Source: a virus
Lineage: Duplodnaviria; Caudoviricetes
DNA length: 49,695 nt
Direction: 5' to 3' (one strand)
IMG/VR virus record: IMGVR_UViG_3300037286_000037
Location: 1 to 49,695 of that record
The notes under the pieces are model-generated. The model searched no databases. It was not told the origin of the DNA and saw nothing but the letters and a program-made list of their open reading frames with translations. The translations under genes and the position numbers were made by a program. Positions 27,411-38,350 of this stretch are shown here, one piece after another (position 1 is the stretch's first letter; each line of letters begins with the position of its first letter).

Positions 27411-30400
27411 TATTGTACCCCCATTTTCTTTTTAACTGAATTAACATAATCTTTAATAGTGGGTTGCCCCGGTGTTGGGGATTGCCCCCACTTTTCTTTG
27501 TGATTTGCCCACGCCGGATAATAGTGTGCTGCAATTACCTTATCAATGTCACCCCCATATTTTTCATAGTTTGTTATTAAATCTTCCATCATTTTAGCAT
27601 CTTGCATTTCAGGTGGGGCATCTGATGCTTTCGCATAACCACCATACCCATTCCACGTGCTGTCAATATATTGGTACATACCAGAAGCGGAACTTTTTTT
27701 ACTTTGTGCTTTATAGTTATTACCACTTTCTTCCCCGCCTATTGCCAATCGTAGTTTATCTAGTTCTGTTGCACCAGTTTCATCCGGTTCTATAGAAGGT
27801 TGTGCCGACATGTTATGGGCTTCCTTTTGTTGGTTTAGCAGAGCATCAAAGTAATATTTCGTTGCCCCCTCTTTCCACCCCCAATACTCTCGTAATTCCG
27901 GGGCTTTATCATCCAGGTACACTCTGCGCTCTTTCTTTCCGGGGATTGCATAATACCCATCTAACTTTTGCTGTAATCCTTCCCATCTGGTATTCGCTTC
28001 TAGTTTCATTAAATCACTGGCAGCAAATTGTAAATTATCTTCATCCATTTCTGCAAGCGTTTCAGGGTATTTTATTTTTTGCAATCTCACTTCACTTAGG
28101 TAATCAAAGTACCCCGAAGATTTACCATAAATTTTAGCTGCATCATCCCCCATCAATTCTTTTATTCTGGCATATTCTGCTTCCCATACAGGAGCATCAG
28201 GAAATAATTTTTGGGCATCTCGAACAGCAGTATTAGCCGCCTGATATAATTTTTGTTGCACCAAGTCTGTTTCTTTTATAGGAGGTGGAGGGGCAGCAGG
28301 CACATCAGCAATAATCTTTTCCTCTTTAATCTGGTTTAACACAGCTTGTTGAGCCAGATTAGGTTTACCCTTGATAATGTAATCCACCATACCGGGAACC
28401 GCTTGTCCTGTTCCAGCTTGCTCACGTTTATCTTTCATTTGTACTCGTAAGTCTTTTTCCATCCCCGCTTTTTCATTCCAATACTGTTCCAATTCCGGGT
28501 GTTCTATAATAAACTGTCGTCTGGCCCGTTTATCATCCTCTGGAAGTTGATAAAATTCGTCTTGTACTTTGTGTATATCGGGCCATTTATTTTCCACTAC
28601 ATCATACAACACACTCTTAGTCACACTATCCACATCACCAGGGTCTGCGTAGTATTTTAATAGTAACTTATCTTCAACCATTTCCCCACTTAACCAAGTC
28701 CAATAATCGTGTAGCCCAGCTTGTTCCGCATACTGGTCTGCAAATTCTTTACCTTGAGTTTTCTTATAGGTAAAGTACATATTTTGTGCTTCTTGTATAC
28801 CAGGAAATAGCTCCTCTGCTTTTTTATACAACTCACTTCGCTTCTGTCGGGCCTCTTTCCATTCCTTACCAGTTTTTTTGTCTGGTAACTGTAGTAGTTC
28901 TGCCAAGTTCATCACGCCACGAGCAAACTGTTCATAATCATTTCGTTCCCACCCACTTAAATCAGAACTACCATAAAATGCATCTTTCATCAATTGGGTT
29001 ACACCAGCTTTATCTAAAATAGCCTCACTGGTAGCGCCGGGGGGAATACGACTGAACACAGATTTAGCAAGCGATGTCATTCTTTCCGCATCATTATCGT
29101 ATGCCATCCATACGGTTGACAGCCACGGATTATCTTGTACTAATTGGTTAGCTTCATTAACTTTACCGGCTTGCCGTAGTTCCCCAAACTGACTACCCAA
29201 TTCGGAAACTTCACGTTCCCAATCCTGTCGGGGGGTTATTCGTAATCCCATCAACCAGGATGCAACCACAGGTACTTTACGGTAATTCATTACCCAATCT
29301 AATGTACCTTCAAATACTTTCCCTGACCTGGTAGCCCCAGCTAAAATAGCTTCCTCTGGTTGAATTGTACCTAACCCCTGCTCATAACCAAGTCGTCTGG
29401 TAGCTTTAGCAATATCCCACTTAGTGCCACCTACTCCCACTTCACGTTCCCCGGTACGGGGGTCAACATTCCATAACCAGGGTTCTAACACAGTACCCGT
29501 AAACGCTGCAAACCCCTTGGTAGCGGGAGATAAATACCCGTAACTGCGAGCAGCTTCGGTGTCACCTTCCAGAAAATATCTTTCAGCCGCGTAAGCTGCC
29601 ATAAACAATGGGTGGGGAGCAGGGCCAGCCATACCAAGTGTTTGTATAGCTCTGCCAAGTGCATCCTTTTGCTGGTCAGGGTCGTCAAAGTTGTCAAAGA
29701 TACCCCCCACAGCATTAAAGCTGGCATCCAAATCCCAATGCAAGTTGCCGGGATAACCAGGGGGAGACAGTGTTACCTGGTCTTTTGCCCACTCTGGTAC
29801 ACTGGGGTCACGGTCATTATACTCTCTTAATTCCTCTTTCAGGTGCATATAGTGTGCTACCATCGCCGGGTTCATTGTCAACGCACTTGCCCAATTAGGT
29901 ATGCTGCGAGTGTGCCAATAACTCCAAGGGTATATCACTTTTAGTAATGTGTCTGTAATACGTCTGTCACTATAGTCTAGTAATACCCTGTCTCTGGTAC
30001 GTTTGGCAACATTCGCTGCCACCGCATGTGCTTCATTGTATACAGATAACATTCTTTCAAACACAGGTTCCCACTGTGCAAAGTTATCTACTTTTGTAGC
30101 AAATGCTGTTGGAACTTCATTAAACATTTCATCTTTAATGTGGTCTTTAACCAGGTCTAATAATCGTAATTCATCAGCCACACCGTGATACCCCGCACTT
30201 ACCATATCCGCACCAGGGGGCAATTCAGGCATATTACCTAAAATAGCTTGTTCAGCATTTTTTACGGTCTGAACAGCATTTTCACCCTTTGGATTTTTAG
30301 GTAACTGACTTAACATAAAATCAGTATACTGCTTGCGGGAAATTTCTCCGGTAAATTCTGTACCAGACAAGTAAACTTTTCTGCCCAATTCATCAATATA

Positions 30401-33400
30401 CCACGCTGTTTCAGATTTTATTCCAGCTATATCTTCCAGTGCCAAATTTGTTTTCTTAAGCAATGCCGGAGACTTATCATCTACCAAGGCACTTGGCATT
30501 GTAATAGCGGTTTTAGGTGATACACCTGCTTGTAATAATAGCTCCGCATACTCTGCCGCCGCTTCTAATTCGTCAGTTTCAAGATGTAGTTGTAACTTAC
30601 CTGCATCATCTAATGTGCCGGTAAATACCCTGTCACCAGGAGCATGCATACTTCCTCTGGTGGCAAGTAATGTTTTACCTTTTTTTCTGAACCCAATAGC
30701 ATTAAATGGTGGTGCATCTGGTACAGGTCTGGCTTGTTCCCAATTAAGACTAAGCACATTTTGCACTGGTTCGTAAATTACATCACCATCATCATTAAGA
30801 TTATATATCCCACTGAATTGTTCTTTTATTTGTGCAGGAGTATATCCCTTACCTGCCACGGTTTCTACCGGAACCGCTGCCAATCCTCCACCGGGTAACT
30901 CTTTAGGCACACTTCCCCACGTGGTATATTGTTGGTATAATTCATCGTATGTTACAGGAGATGCTTTACCCTCTCTGAACTTATTTACTGCTATAAGCAA
31001 CTCATCATCTGAAAGGTCACTTAAATTACGTACACCCTTCCTACCAATAAGTTGACTTACCTTATTGAAAAAATGTTTACTACTTCTGACCTGCACATCT
31101 TGACCATACGGCCCTAATACCAATTCACCTACATCTTCAAGGTCAACCCCTAAAATTTCCGCAGACTTATAATTAGCCTTATAAGCCTCCCGTAAAAGTT
31201 TATCCCGTAGGATAGCTGATTTTAGTTCTTCCGGCGCTCCGGCCCACGGGGTTGTGTGAGCAAGTTCCCGGTTTAATTTTCGATAAAGGGGATATAATGT
31301 TTCACGTGCTTTTGAGTATAGTTTATAAATCCCCTCGGCATATTGTTTTTCTGTAATCTCCCCCGCTTGCAATTTGGCAAATCCCAATAATTGACGTTTG
31401 CGTAATCCCTCCACCATTCCGGTGAAAATGGTTTCCCCCTCATCTAACGTACGAATATACTCACCGGGCGCAACACTCTCTCTAATGCCTCGCATAATGT
31501 GAGTACGTTGCACCAACATCCAATGTTCTATATCAGAGATGTGGTTAACTAATTGTTGAATATTCTCAGGCGCATCTATTTTCTCTAACTGATTTAGCTG
31601 AGACACAACTTCCCCGGCCAGGGAACCTGTTACCGGGCCAGACGGAGCCAGACTTTTAGCTAGTTTACCCGCCTTTTCAGCTGCACTTCTTTGCAATTTT
31701 GTGACTTTACTAAGGGCATCTGCCGGGTCTTTTGCAGTATTCAAAATATTTCTGACAGTGTTTTCTAAATCACTACCTGTTTTTTGCAGCGTTTCGGTAA
31801 ATTCTGTGTCAAGGTTTCTCCAAGGTTGTAATAAAGAGGACGATGCAGCTGTCGGGGGCGCACCTGTTGCAGTTACAGGAACAGCCGCACCGCCCAAAAT
31901 ATTTCTGGTATCATCAATAATTTTATATATATCAGTAACTTCTCCATTTAATGCCCCCCAAAAACTTTTACGTATAGCATTTACAATTTCGGGGGGAGCA
32001 TCTTTGGGAATAAACTTTACAACTTCCCCCCACGCTTTAGAAGTTGACTTACTGATTATATCTAAATATGCTTGTTCTGCAATATTCTTTCCCTGCACAC
32101 CCTCAAAAAATGAGGCAACTTGCCGCATATCCGGGATGCTTGATTTTTCCCCAACCTGCCCTATACCCCAAGACGACTTCACAACTTTCTTGGTTATATC
32201 TTTAACACGCCCACGCCAAGGCACAATTGACCACCCGGATGCTACAGTTTTGGCAACATTATCAGTTACGTTACGAATAGCATACCCTGGACTTGCCCCC
32301 ATAAACATAAACGAAAACATATCATTAAACGGCTGTTGTTTTTTAATAATTGCTTTAGCTGCCCGCTGTGTTAAGGTTTGCTCAAAACCAGGGGTTTCAA
32401 TCATTTTGTTCAAGGTCTGAGCTACCCGGTCTGCCCACTGCGCTGCCACATGTTCTGCGGTTAAACCACCTTCTTTAGCGGACTTAAGAATATCCGTTAA
32501 CGCACCCATCTCCCCATCTGCTTTAGTAAGCAGTTCCCGCATAATAGCCCCGGCCCTACGTCCGTCTCTGGATAATGGAATAGTACCATAACCCATTTTA
32601 CCTAATGCAGCAGCAGCACCCCGTATTTCATCTTGGTTGTCGGACGCTAACTTTACATAATTAACCACAACGTTTTGGAAATTATCCGCTAATTTCTTGG
32701 CCGCATCCGGGCTATCTAAAGCAATGCCTTTTGCTACCAAATCTTTAATAGTAGTTTGCTCTGAAATTCTTAGTGCTGATTGCATTACCTGTTGGGTAGC
32801 TTCAACTGACCTGTGAGTTTGGGTAGCTTTTGTTCGTGGTGCTGCCCAAGCTAAAGCACGTTCTATAATATCTTCGGCCTCTTTAGCTTGCCCCGCACGA
32901 GTGTAACTTGTTTTCCACGTAGCCATCACTTCTGAGTTGGTGGCAACATTAACTGTACCCTTAAGAAAATCATCAAGGGTATTATCTAACACACCACCCC
33001 CGGCCCCTAAAATTTTTACTGTTTGGTTCAGGGCTTTCTTGGCATTGCGAGCTTGAGTAACAGCTTTTGATGCCCCAGAAAGTAAATTCAACGGGTCAAA
33101 AATAATTTGTCCTACCATCTCACGCCACCACACACCGTGGTTAGCTTGCACAGCCACCAGATTATCCCCATGTAGCTGACCCTGCTCTGCTAATTTCAGA
33201 GCATCTTGATAAGCAGTTCTAATAGCTTCCGGGCCACTGTACGTAACACCCAAGGCAGCTTGAAAAGCCTGTTCTTTAATAGGGTCTGAACCATCTCCTA
33301 TACCTAATTCCTCTCTAACGTTAGATACCTGTGACCAGGTATGTCCGATAGTTCGTTCAGTTAAGTCAGCAGGCAACCCTAATGTAAACATAAAGGATTG

Positions 33401-34225
33401 TGTACCAGCAGTTAGTGCCTTACCAACATAAGGTACTTGTCCAATATTATGAAACACATCTCCCAACCCTTTCACTACTTTAGGTTGGTCATATTGAGGT
33501 AATTGCCCTTGTTCGGGTGTTAATTTCCAGGGAACGTATTCACCTTTACCTGCTTCCCCAACTTTTTCTTCTGCCTCTCTCCATCGGGCCGCTGTCCAAT
33601 CAGATAAACTTTCCCACAAACCATACTTCTCAGGTTTCCATTCGTAAGTTTTTTCATACTCTATTTTCTTTTCTTCCCCCTCTCCCGGTAACTTGTGAAT
33701 AGGCTTCATTGCAGCTTCTTTTTCTTGCTGCAACTGAGCCGGGCGTTTTCCAGGTGGGGCAAATTGTTGTAATCTACCCAAATCTCTACCCCTAACTTTA
33801 ATTTCCGATTGTGGGGCAAGCTGTTGGCCTAATGGTTTTGCAGGTGTAGTCACTGGTACAATATTACCAGAAAAATCCATCATGTTTCTGGTAGTACCTT
33901 GTGAAATGGGTGGTAAAGATTTCTGAGGAGCTTCAACTTGAGGAGCAATTGGTAACTGTCGCTGTCCCGGAACATTCCCCCGTATACTTGATTGGCGAGC
34001 AGGTGCAGGTGCAGGCGCAGGCGCAGGTCTGGTCTGTTGTCTTTGAACATCCATATCTCGTAAAGCAGCTTGGCGCATATTATTACGTAAAGCTGACCTG
34101 TTCACTGGTTCAAGTGGCCCCGGTCTGGATGGGGGTGATTGGGGTGCAGGTTGTTTTGGTGGGGGTGGTACAGGCAGTTTCAGGTTGCGCCTGACCAATT
34201 GGCGTTTACCGTCCGATATTGGCAT
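27410..34225 (-). CDS. Large internal virion/ejection protein with C-terminal lytic transglycosylase domain
   Basis: 2271 aa; Pro/Gln-rich N-terminus; C-terminal AIGGEESG.NY.A....SASGMYQYIDSTW lysozyme-like motif. Confidence 0.8.
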   Translation of the reverse strand: MPISDGKRQLVRRNLKLPVPPPPKQPAPQSPPSRPGPLEPVNRSALRNNMRQAALRDMDVQRQQTRPAPAPAPAPARQSSIRGNVPGQRQLPIAPQVEAPQKSLPPISQGTTRNMMDFSGNIVPVTTPAKPLGQQLAPQSEIKVRGRDLGRLQQFAPPGKRPAQLQQEKEAAMKPIHKLPGEGEEKKIEYEKTYEWKPEKYGLWESLSDWTAARWREAEEKVGEAGKGEYVPWKLTPEQGQLPQYDQPKVVKGLGDVFHNIGQVPYVGKALTAGTQSFMFTLGLPADLTERTIGHTWSQVSNVREELGIGDGSDPIKEQAFQAALGVTYSGPEAIRTAYQDALKLAEQGQLHGDNLVAVQANHGVWWREMVGQIIFDPLNLLSGASKAVTQARNAKKALNQTVKILGAGGGVLDNTLDDFLKGTVNVATNSEVMATWKTSYTRAGQAKEAEDIIERALAWAAPRTKATQTHRSVEATQQVMQSALRISEQTTIKDLVAKGIALDSPDAAKKLADNFQNVVVNYVKLASDNQDEIRGAAAALGKMGYGTIPLSRDGRRAGAIMRELLTKADGEMGALTDILKSAKEGGLTAEHVAAQWADRVAQTLNKMIETPGFEQTLTQRAAKAIIKKQQPFNDMFSFMFMGASPGYAIRNVTDNVAKTVASGWSIVPWRGRVKDITKKVVKSSWGIGQVGEKSSIPDMRQVASFFEGVQGKNIAEQAYLDIISKSTSKAWGEVVKFIPKDAPPEIVNAIRKSFWGALNGEVTDIYKIIDDTRNILGGAAVPVTATGAPPTAASSSLLQPWRNLDTEFTETLQKTGSDLENTVRNILNTAKDPADALSKVTKLQRSAAEKAGKLAKSLAPSGPVTGSLAGEVVSQLNQLEKIDAPENIQQLVNHISDIEHWMLVQRTHIMRGIRESVAPGEYIRTLDEGETIFTGMVEGLRKRQLLGFAKLQAGEITEKQYAEGIYKLYSKARETLYPLYRKLNRELAHTTPWAGAPEELKSAILRDKLLREAYKANYKSAEILGVDLEDVGELVLGPYGQDVQVRSSKHFFNKVSQLIGRKGVRNLSDLSDDELLIAVNKFREGKASPVTYDELYQQYTTWGSVPKELPGGGLAAVPVETVAGKGYTPAQIKEQFSGIYNLNDDGDVIYEPVQNVLSLNWEQARPVPDAPPFNAIGFRKKGKTLLATRGSMHAPGDRVFTGTLDDAGKLQLHLETDELEAAAEYAELLLQAGVSPKTAITMPSALVDDKSPALLKKTNLALEDIAGIKSETAWYIDELGRKVYLSGTEFTGEISRKQYTDFMLSQLPKNPKGENAVQTVKNAEQAILGNMPELPPGADMVSAGYHGVADELRLLDLVKDHIKDEMFNEVPTAFATKVDNFAQWEPVFERMLSVYNEAHAVAANVAKRTRDRVLLDYSDRRITDTLLKVIYPWSYWHTRSIPNWASALTMNPAMVAHYMHLKEELREYNDRDPSVPEWAKDQVTLSPPGYPGNLHWDLDASFNAVGGIFDNFDDPDQQKDALGRAIQTLGMAGPAPHPLFMAAYAAERYFLEGDTEAARSYGYLSPATKGFAAFTGTVLEPWLWNVDPRTGEREVGVGGTKWDIAKATRRLGYEQGLGTIQPEEAILAGATRSGKVFEGTLDWVMNYRKVPVVASWLMGLRITPRQDWEREVSELGSQFGELRQAGKVNEANQLVQDNPWLSTVWMAYDNDAERMTSLAKSVFSRIPPGATSEAILDKAGVTQLMKDAFYGSSDLSGWERNDYEQFARGVMNLAELLQLPDKKTGKEWKEARQKRSELYKKAEELFPGIQEAQNMYFTYKKTQGKEFADQYAEQAGLHDYWTWLSGEMVEDKLLLKYYADPGDVDSVTKSVLYDVVENKWPDIHKVQDEFYQLPEDDKRARRQFIIEHPELEQYWNEKAGMEKDLRVQMKDKREQAGTGQAVPGMVDYIIKGKPNLAQQAVLNQIKEEKIIADVPAAPPPPIKETDLVQQKLYQAANTAVRDAQKLFPDAPVWEAEYARIKELMGDDAAKIYGKSSGYFDYLSEVRLQKIKYPETLAEMDEDNLQFAASDLMKLEANTRWEGLQQKLDGYYAIPGKKERRVYLDDKAPELREYWGWKEGATKYYFDALLNQQKEAHNMSAQPSIEPDETGATELDKLRLAIGGEESGNNYKAQSKKSSASGMYQYIDSTWNGYGGYAKASDAPPEMQDAKMMEDLITNYEKYGGDIDKVIAAHYYPAWANHKEKWGQSPTPGQPTIKDYVNSVKKKMGVQ

Positions 34226-34376
34226 AATTTGTCCTGTCGGGTAATGCGATAGTAGGCATTTGCGGCACTTGTGAAGAACTTAATTTCGCTGGTTGCCTTG
34301 ATTTTAATACATCCTTATACGGATTTTTCAATTTCTTTAAGGCTGTCACATATCCCGATTTCATTGCATCCAACAT
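34206..34376 (-). CDS. Small basic protein (56 aa, below ORF-track cutoff)
   Basis: TAATG-coupled start; MLDAMKSGYVTALKKLKNPY...NIGR; fills the gap between two genes. Confidence 0.6.
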   Translation of the reverse strand: MLDAMKSGYVTALKKLKNPYKDVLKSRQPAKLSSSQVPQMPTIALPDRTNYANIGR

Positions 34377-35368
34377 TAGGTCGCCCCCACATTACGTAAG
34401 AACCCTGCCCGATTATATTGCGCCCCAAATGGTTGATTAACCGCCCTACCCTGTCCCACTAATTCGGAACCCATTCTACGCTGCTGCACCGGGTTCACCA
34501 GATTTTGAGCCAGTGTAGCCCAGTTTGACAACTCTCCCTTACCTGCCGCCTCTTTATCTAATGTGCTTAAACGCTCCGCACTAAATTGTTTCTGCGCTCT
34601 GGTTCCACCTATTCCGGCAGCAGCAGTTTTAAGGTAATCCTGTAACCATCGGGCGGCTGATTGGCCCTCTCCCTGACCGGATGCACCTACCTGTTGTTGT
34701 GCTGTAGCAGGTAAATTAGCATATAATTTGCTGTAATCTAACCCTTCCGCTGCCCTAGTTAATCTTTCCCTTTGTTGTTCTGGACTAAATTCTTGCACTT
34801 GTTCGGGGGTTGCAGAAGCTACGTTTGCATAACCACGAAATAGAAACGGATTTTCTCTGGCAAGGTACTGTTGAGTAGAAGCTTTTGTACTGGGGTCTAC
34901 ATATTGAAGTGCTTGATTAAATGCTTGATACCGCATAAAATCACTGACACTCATATCCCCAGGCTTACCATAAAGTTGTACTTGTCTACTTCCATCACCC
35001 CCGGTAACAGTGGGAATACCTTCTCCTAATGTCTTTAACCTTTTAGTTAATTCGGGGTACAAAATAAAATTCTTTTGAGCTGTCGCATCTTCTCTACCAG
35101 ATGCTTTAGGCTGAGTAAAAGATTGGAGTTGCGCTCTGGTTTCCGGGGTAATGCCCCCCAAATTCCCATATTCATACGCCATACGTTCCGCTACGGGGGC
35201 AAATCGGCTATCCATATGTTTAACAGCCCGCAATGCATTTTCAGTATTTCCTTCTAGCAACGCACCTTGGAACCAATCATACACACCTAATTGGCGCTTG
35301 GCTTGTGCATTTTTTATACTTGTACCACCACCACCGTAATATACTTCACCATCAATCACACCAGGCAT
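34376..35368 (-). CDS. Putative internal virion (ejection) protein
   Basis: 330 aa, A/Q/G-rich, no Cys; between portal and the large virion protein. Confidence 0.55.
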   Translation of the reverse strand: MPGVIDGEVYYGGGGTSIKNAQAKRQLGVYDWFQGALLEGNTENALRAVKHMDSRFAPVAERMAYEYGNLGGITPETRAQLQSFTQPKASGREDATAQKNFILYPELTKRLKTLGEGIPTVTGGDGSRQVQLYGKPGDMSVSDFMRYQAFNQALQYVDPSTKASTQQYLARENPFLFRGYANVASATPEQVQEFSPEQQRERLTRAAEGLDYSKLYANLPATAQQQVGASGQGEGQSAARWLQDYLKTAAAGIGGTRAQKQFSAERLSTLDKEAAGKGELSNWATLAQNLVNPVQQRRMGSELVGQGRAVNQPFGAQYNRAGFLRNVGAT

Positions 35369-35370
35369 AC

Positions 35371-36504
35371 TTATATCCCCCTTCCCATACTAGCCCACCA
35401 CCACGGCGGAACTTGTCTACCACTACTGTATCCACCACCATACCCACCACCATAACCACCGTAGCCGCCATACCCACCATAACCGCCACCGCCGCCGTAA
35501 AATTCACCTACGGGAACATCACCTGCCGGGGGAATTTCAGGTAGTGTGCCGGGAACAACATTTAACATTGTGGGGCCACCAGCTTGAGTAGCACCAAACA
35601 TTCTATCCTCTAAATACTTCTGGGCGTCACGTTCTTTTATTGCCAACAAATTAGCATAAGTAGGTTCAATACCTCTTGCTCTGGCTATTTCCGTTAAACG
35701 TTGTGCTTCAACATCTAATAACTGTTGTCGGGTTCGTGGAACACTTTCTCCGGGTTGTAATCCTTGCACCTCCCGTTGTATCCGCGGCCTATCTTCAATA
35801 GTGGGGGAACCTTGAGATGCCTGCGGCCCGAAAGGATTTAAGTCATACCCCATAGGAAACTTAGGTTCGGGTGTAATCATCTGTTCCGCTGTAGGCGGCA
35901 TCATTCTGGGGACACGGTCATGAGACAACACTCCGGGAAACCCTATCCCCCTGGGAGGAGTATCACCCTGTTCAAATGAAGGCCCTTGCGGAAGTGTGGG
36001 CGGCACATATCCCGGAAAACCTATTCCCATTGTAGGGGTATACTCAGGTGTACGCACTCCCGGAGCAGGTTGAAACGAGCCGTAAGCTGGCCTGGGTGTA
36101 CCCGGTGGCGGGCCATACGACATTCGCCCGGCATTAGGTACAGTAGGCTTTCCCGGTGTGTATGATAATGTACCAGGAATTTGTGCCGTTGCCGGGGTTT
36201 GTGGGGGCATTAAAGCTTTTACTACATCCCTAAAAGGTACATCCCCACTAACATCCCTGCCTCGCTGTTGAGGTAAAGATGTGAATTGTTTAGGTTGCTC
36301 TTTATCAGGTTGCACGTTCAACAAATTACTGACCAACCCACCAGAACGTACATTACCCAATTTAGCTTTCAGCCTATCACGAGCAATACCCCCTGTATCT
36401 ACATCAGGACGTTGCGGAGATAGGGGGGGTTTAGGCTTACGTTCCCCCGCAGGTGCGGGTGGTCGTATAGGTCTTTGACCAGGACGTCTTTCAGGTAAAG
36501 GCAT
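35371..36504 (-). CDS. Proline-rich putative internal virion protein with GGY-repeat tail
   Basis: GGAG SD before ATG 36504; very high Pro content; YGGGGGYGGYGGYGGYGGGYGGG. Confidence 0.6.
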   Translation of the reverse strand: MPLPERRPGQRPIRPPAPAGERKPKPPLSPQRPDVDTGGIARDRLKAKLGNVRSGGLVSNLLNVQPDKEQPKQFTSLPQQRGRDVSGDVPFRDVVKALMPPQTPATAQIPGTLSYTPGKPTVPNAGRMSYGPPPGTPRPAYGSFQPAPGVRTPEYTPTMGIGFPGYVPPTLPQGPSFEQGDTPPRGIGFPGVLSHDRVPRMMPPTAEQMITPEPKFPMGYDLNPFGPQASQGSPTIEDRPRIQREVQGLQPGESVPRTRQQLLDVEAQRLTEIARARGIEPTYANLLAIKERDAQKYLEDRMFGATQAGGPTMLNVVPGTLPEIPPAGDVPVGEFYGGGGGYGGYGGYGGYGGGYGGGYSSGRQVPPWWWASMGRGI

Positions 36505-36505
36505 G

Positions 36506-38350
36506 TTACATCTCTCCCATCGGCCCACCCATCATCATAGTATTCAAGGTAGGGCCAACTTCTTCACTTGGATTGCCGGAAGGTGGAATTACCGGGGGAT
36601 TACCCATAGTAGCTTGTGGCATCCCCAACCCCAGTGTATCCATACTAGGTGGCCCTTGCTGCTCTTGCTGACCACCACCAGCTTTTTGAATAGCCTGCTC
36701 TAATTGCTGTTGAATAACTTGGGCATAAGGACTACCCATTTCAGATAAGACTTCCGCTAACGCCATCAAGCGAATAAGCGGGTCTTTCATTGCATCTTCG
36801 GACAACTTACGTTGTATTTCTTCCTCTGGTTGATTGATACCAAAATAATGTTCTAGTATATACATTGTAGATACGGGGGGATTAGGTAGGCTGGCAAGTT
36901 GTGCCCCCAATGAGGCCATTCTAACTTCATCGGAAGTTTGTTTGGGCTTAATAAACGTAGACACCATCAACTGTTCCGTTTCTTCCCCATTAAGCATAGC
37001 AGAAAAACTATTGGCTTTAGTATCCACCGTAAGGGATAGAAATACCCCCGGCGCAAACTGACGCATTAAAGCAAAAATCAAATCCGCTACAGCACATAAG
37101 GCTAACTCAATGTCAGCACGAGGTAAATCCGTTCTGAGGGTGTCAGTCCCGATAAGTTGTGATAATCCGTATCCTGACAACCGACTGGACACTTGCCCAA
37201 ACATTGCCTCACTAAAAGTGCCTTGTGATTGTTTGTTGCGTAAATCTTCAATCAGCCGGTACACATCCGGGGGACTACCCGGCCAACTGATAAATTCTAG
37301 TTTTTCATCAGGCTGTAAATTTAACCCCTTTCCCCACGTACCTTCAAGGGATATTGGCCGGTTGCCTCGGAATACCGGGGGCATATTTGCAAACAAATCC
37401 AGAATACGGAATGACCGACTGGCAACATATTCCTCTTTCATCACCGGCCATAAAATACCAAACAAGAAGGGAAGAAATTGATGATTAGGGTCATCCCGGT
37501 CATACTGCATAAAGGGAGCAATAATATAAGGTATGCGAGGATAATTGATTTCTTTGGGTTTTATAATAAATTTACTGTTAAAAATAACGGCATAATAAAT
37601 TTTATCTTTATGGGATGACCAGTATTCAGAGTATTCATACACATTTATATTTCTATCTTTGGCATCAATCTCGTTAATCATATCAAGATTAGCCCCATCA
37701 ATTCCATCCCACTCCGCTTCCACATCAGCGGCACTTCGTTTTTCAATGTGTAATAACTCAGAAAATTGCCCGTGAACAGACCGGCCCCCATAATAAAGTT
37801 TATCTAATTTAACAGTCTCAATAATGATAGGGAAATTCAAGGCATCGTATTGCCATACTACCGCCTGTTCTTCCGGCATATCGGGATGGTCAACGGTAAT
37901 AGTATTTCGTGGTTCGGCTTCGGTATCCCACCACACCCGCACACCTACCGCCCCATCTAAGATTGCCCGCATTACCAGGTCTTTATAAATTTGTAAGCCT
38001 TGTTTACGGGAGTTCACAAACCAGGCCCCTGATAAAAATTTTTCTGCTCTTGGGGCTGCCGTGCTATCGGATAGTCCTGGTACAGTAGCTTTATATTGGG
38101 GTTCATGACCGCTTAAAATTGCAGTCATCACATTTACTACGTTAAATGGGCGGTTAGAACTTTCCCAATACTCTGCCGGAACCTTACTACGCCACTTATT
38201 AGCGTCTGCCCCCAAGTACCCGGACTTAATATTTTTTCGCATCTCATACATTTCCCGGCAAAGACGCACTAACTCATCTCGTTCCTTAAACTGAGCCTGG
38301 TAACGATTTTTTCTAGCTTCAAAATCCTGAATATCTTTTATTGGAACCAT
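36506..38350 (-). CDS. Portal protein
   Basis: About 614 aa directly after terminase (TAATG coupling); YPRIPYI, GTFSEAMFG...SG..L pattern; Q/P/G-rich tail. Confidence 0.85.
   Translation of the reverse strand: MVPIKDIQDFEARKNRYQAQFKERDELVRLCREMYEMRKNIKSGYLGADANKWRSKVPAEYWESSNRPFNVVNVMTAILSGHEPQYKATVPGLSDSTAAPRAEKFLSGAWFVNSRKQGLQIYKDLVMRAILDGAVGVRVWWDTEAEPRNTITVDHPDMPEEQAVVWQYDALNFPIIIETVKLDKLYYGGRSVHGQFSELLHIEKRSAADVEAEWDGIDGANLDMINEIDAKDRNINVYEYSEYWSSHKDKIYYAVIFNSKFIIKPKEINYPRIPYIIAPFMQYDRDDPNHQFLPFLFGILWPVMKEEYVASRSFRILDLFANMPPVFRGNRPISLEGTWGKGLNLQPDEKLEFISWPGSPPDVYRLIEDLRNKQSQGTFSEAMFGQVSSRLSGYGLSQLIGTDTLRTDLPRADIELALCAVADLIFALMRQFAPGVFLSLTVDTKANSFSAMLNGEETEQLMVSTFIKPKQTSDEVRMASLGAQLASLPNPPVSTMYILEHYFGINQPEEEIQRKLSEDAMKDPLIRLMALAEVLSEMGSPYAQVIQQQLEQAIQKAGGGQQEQQGPPSMDTLGLGMPQATMGNPPVIPPSGNPSEEVGPTLNTMMMGGPMGEM

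Noticed and set aside
31701-32420. 239 aa antisense ORF and the many other opposite-strand ORFs in the track
   Set aside because: Shadows of well-supported genes, with no SD or motifs, against the strict strand organisation
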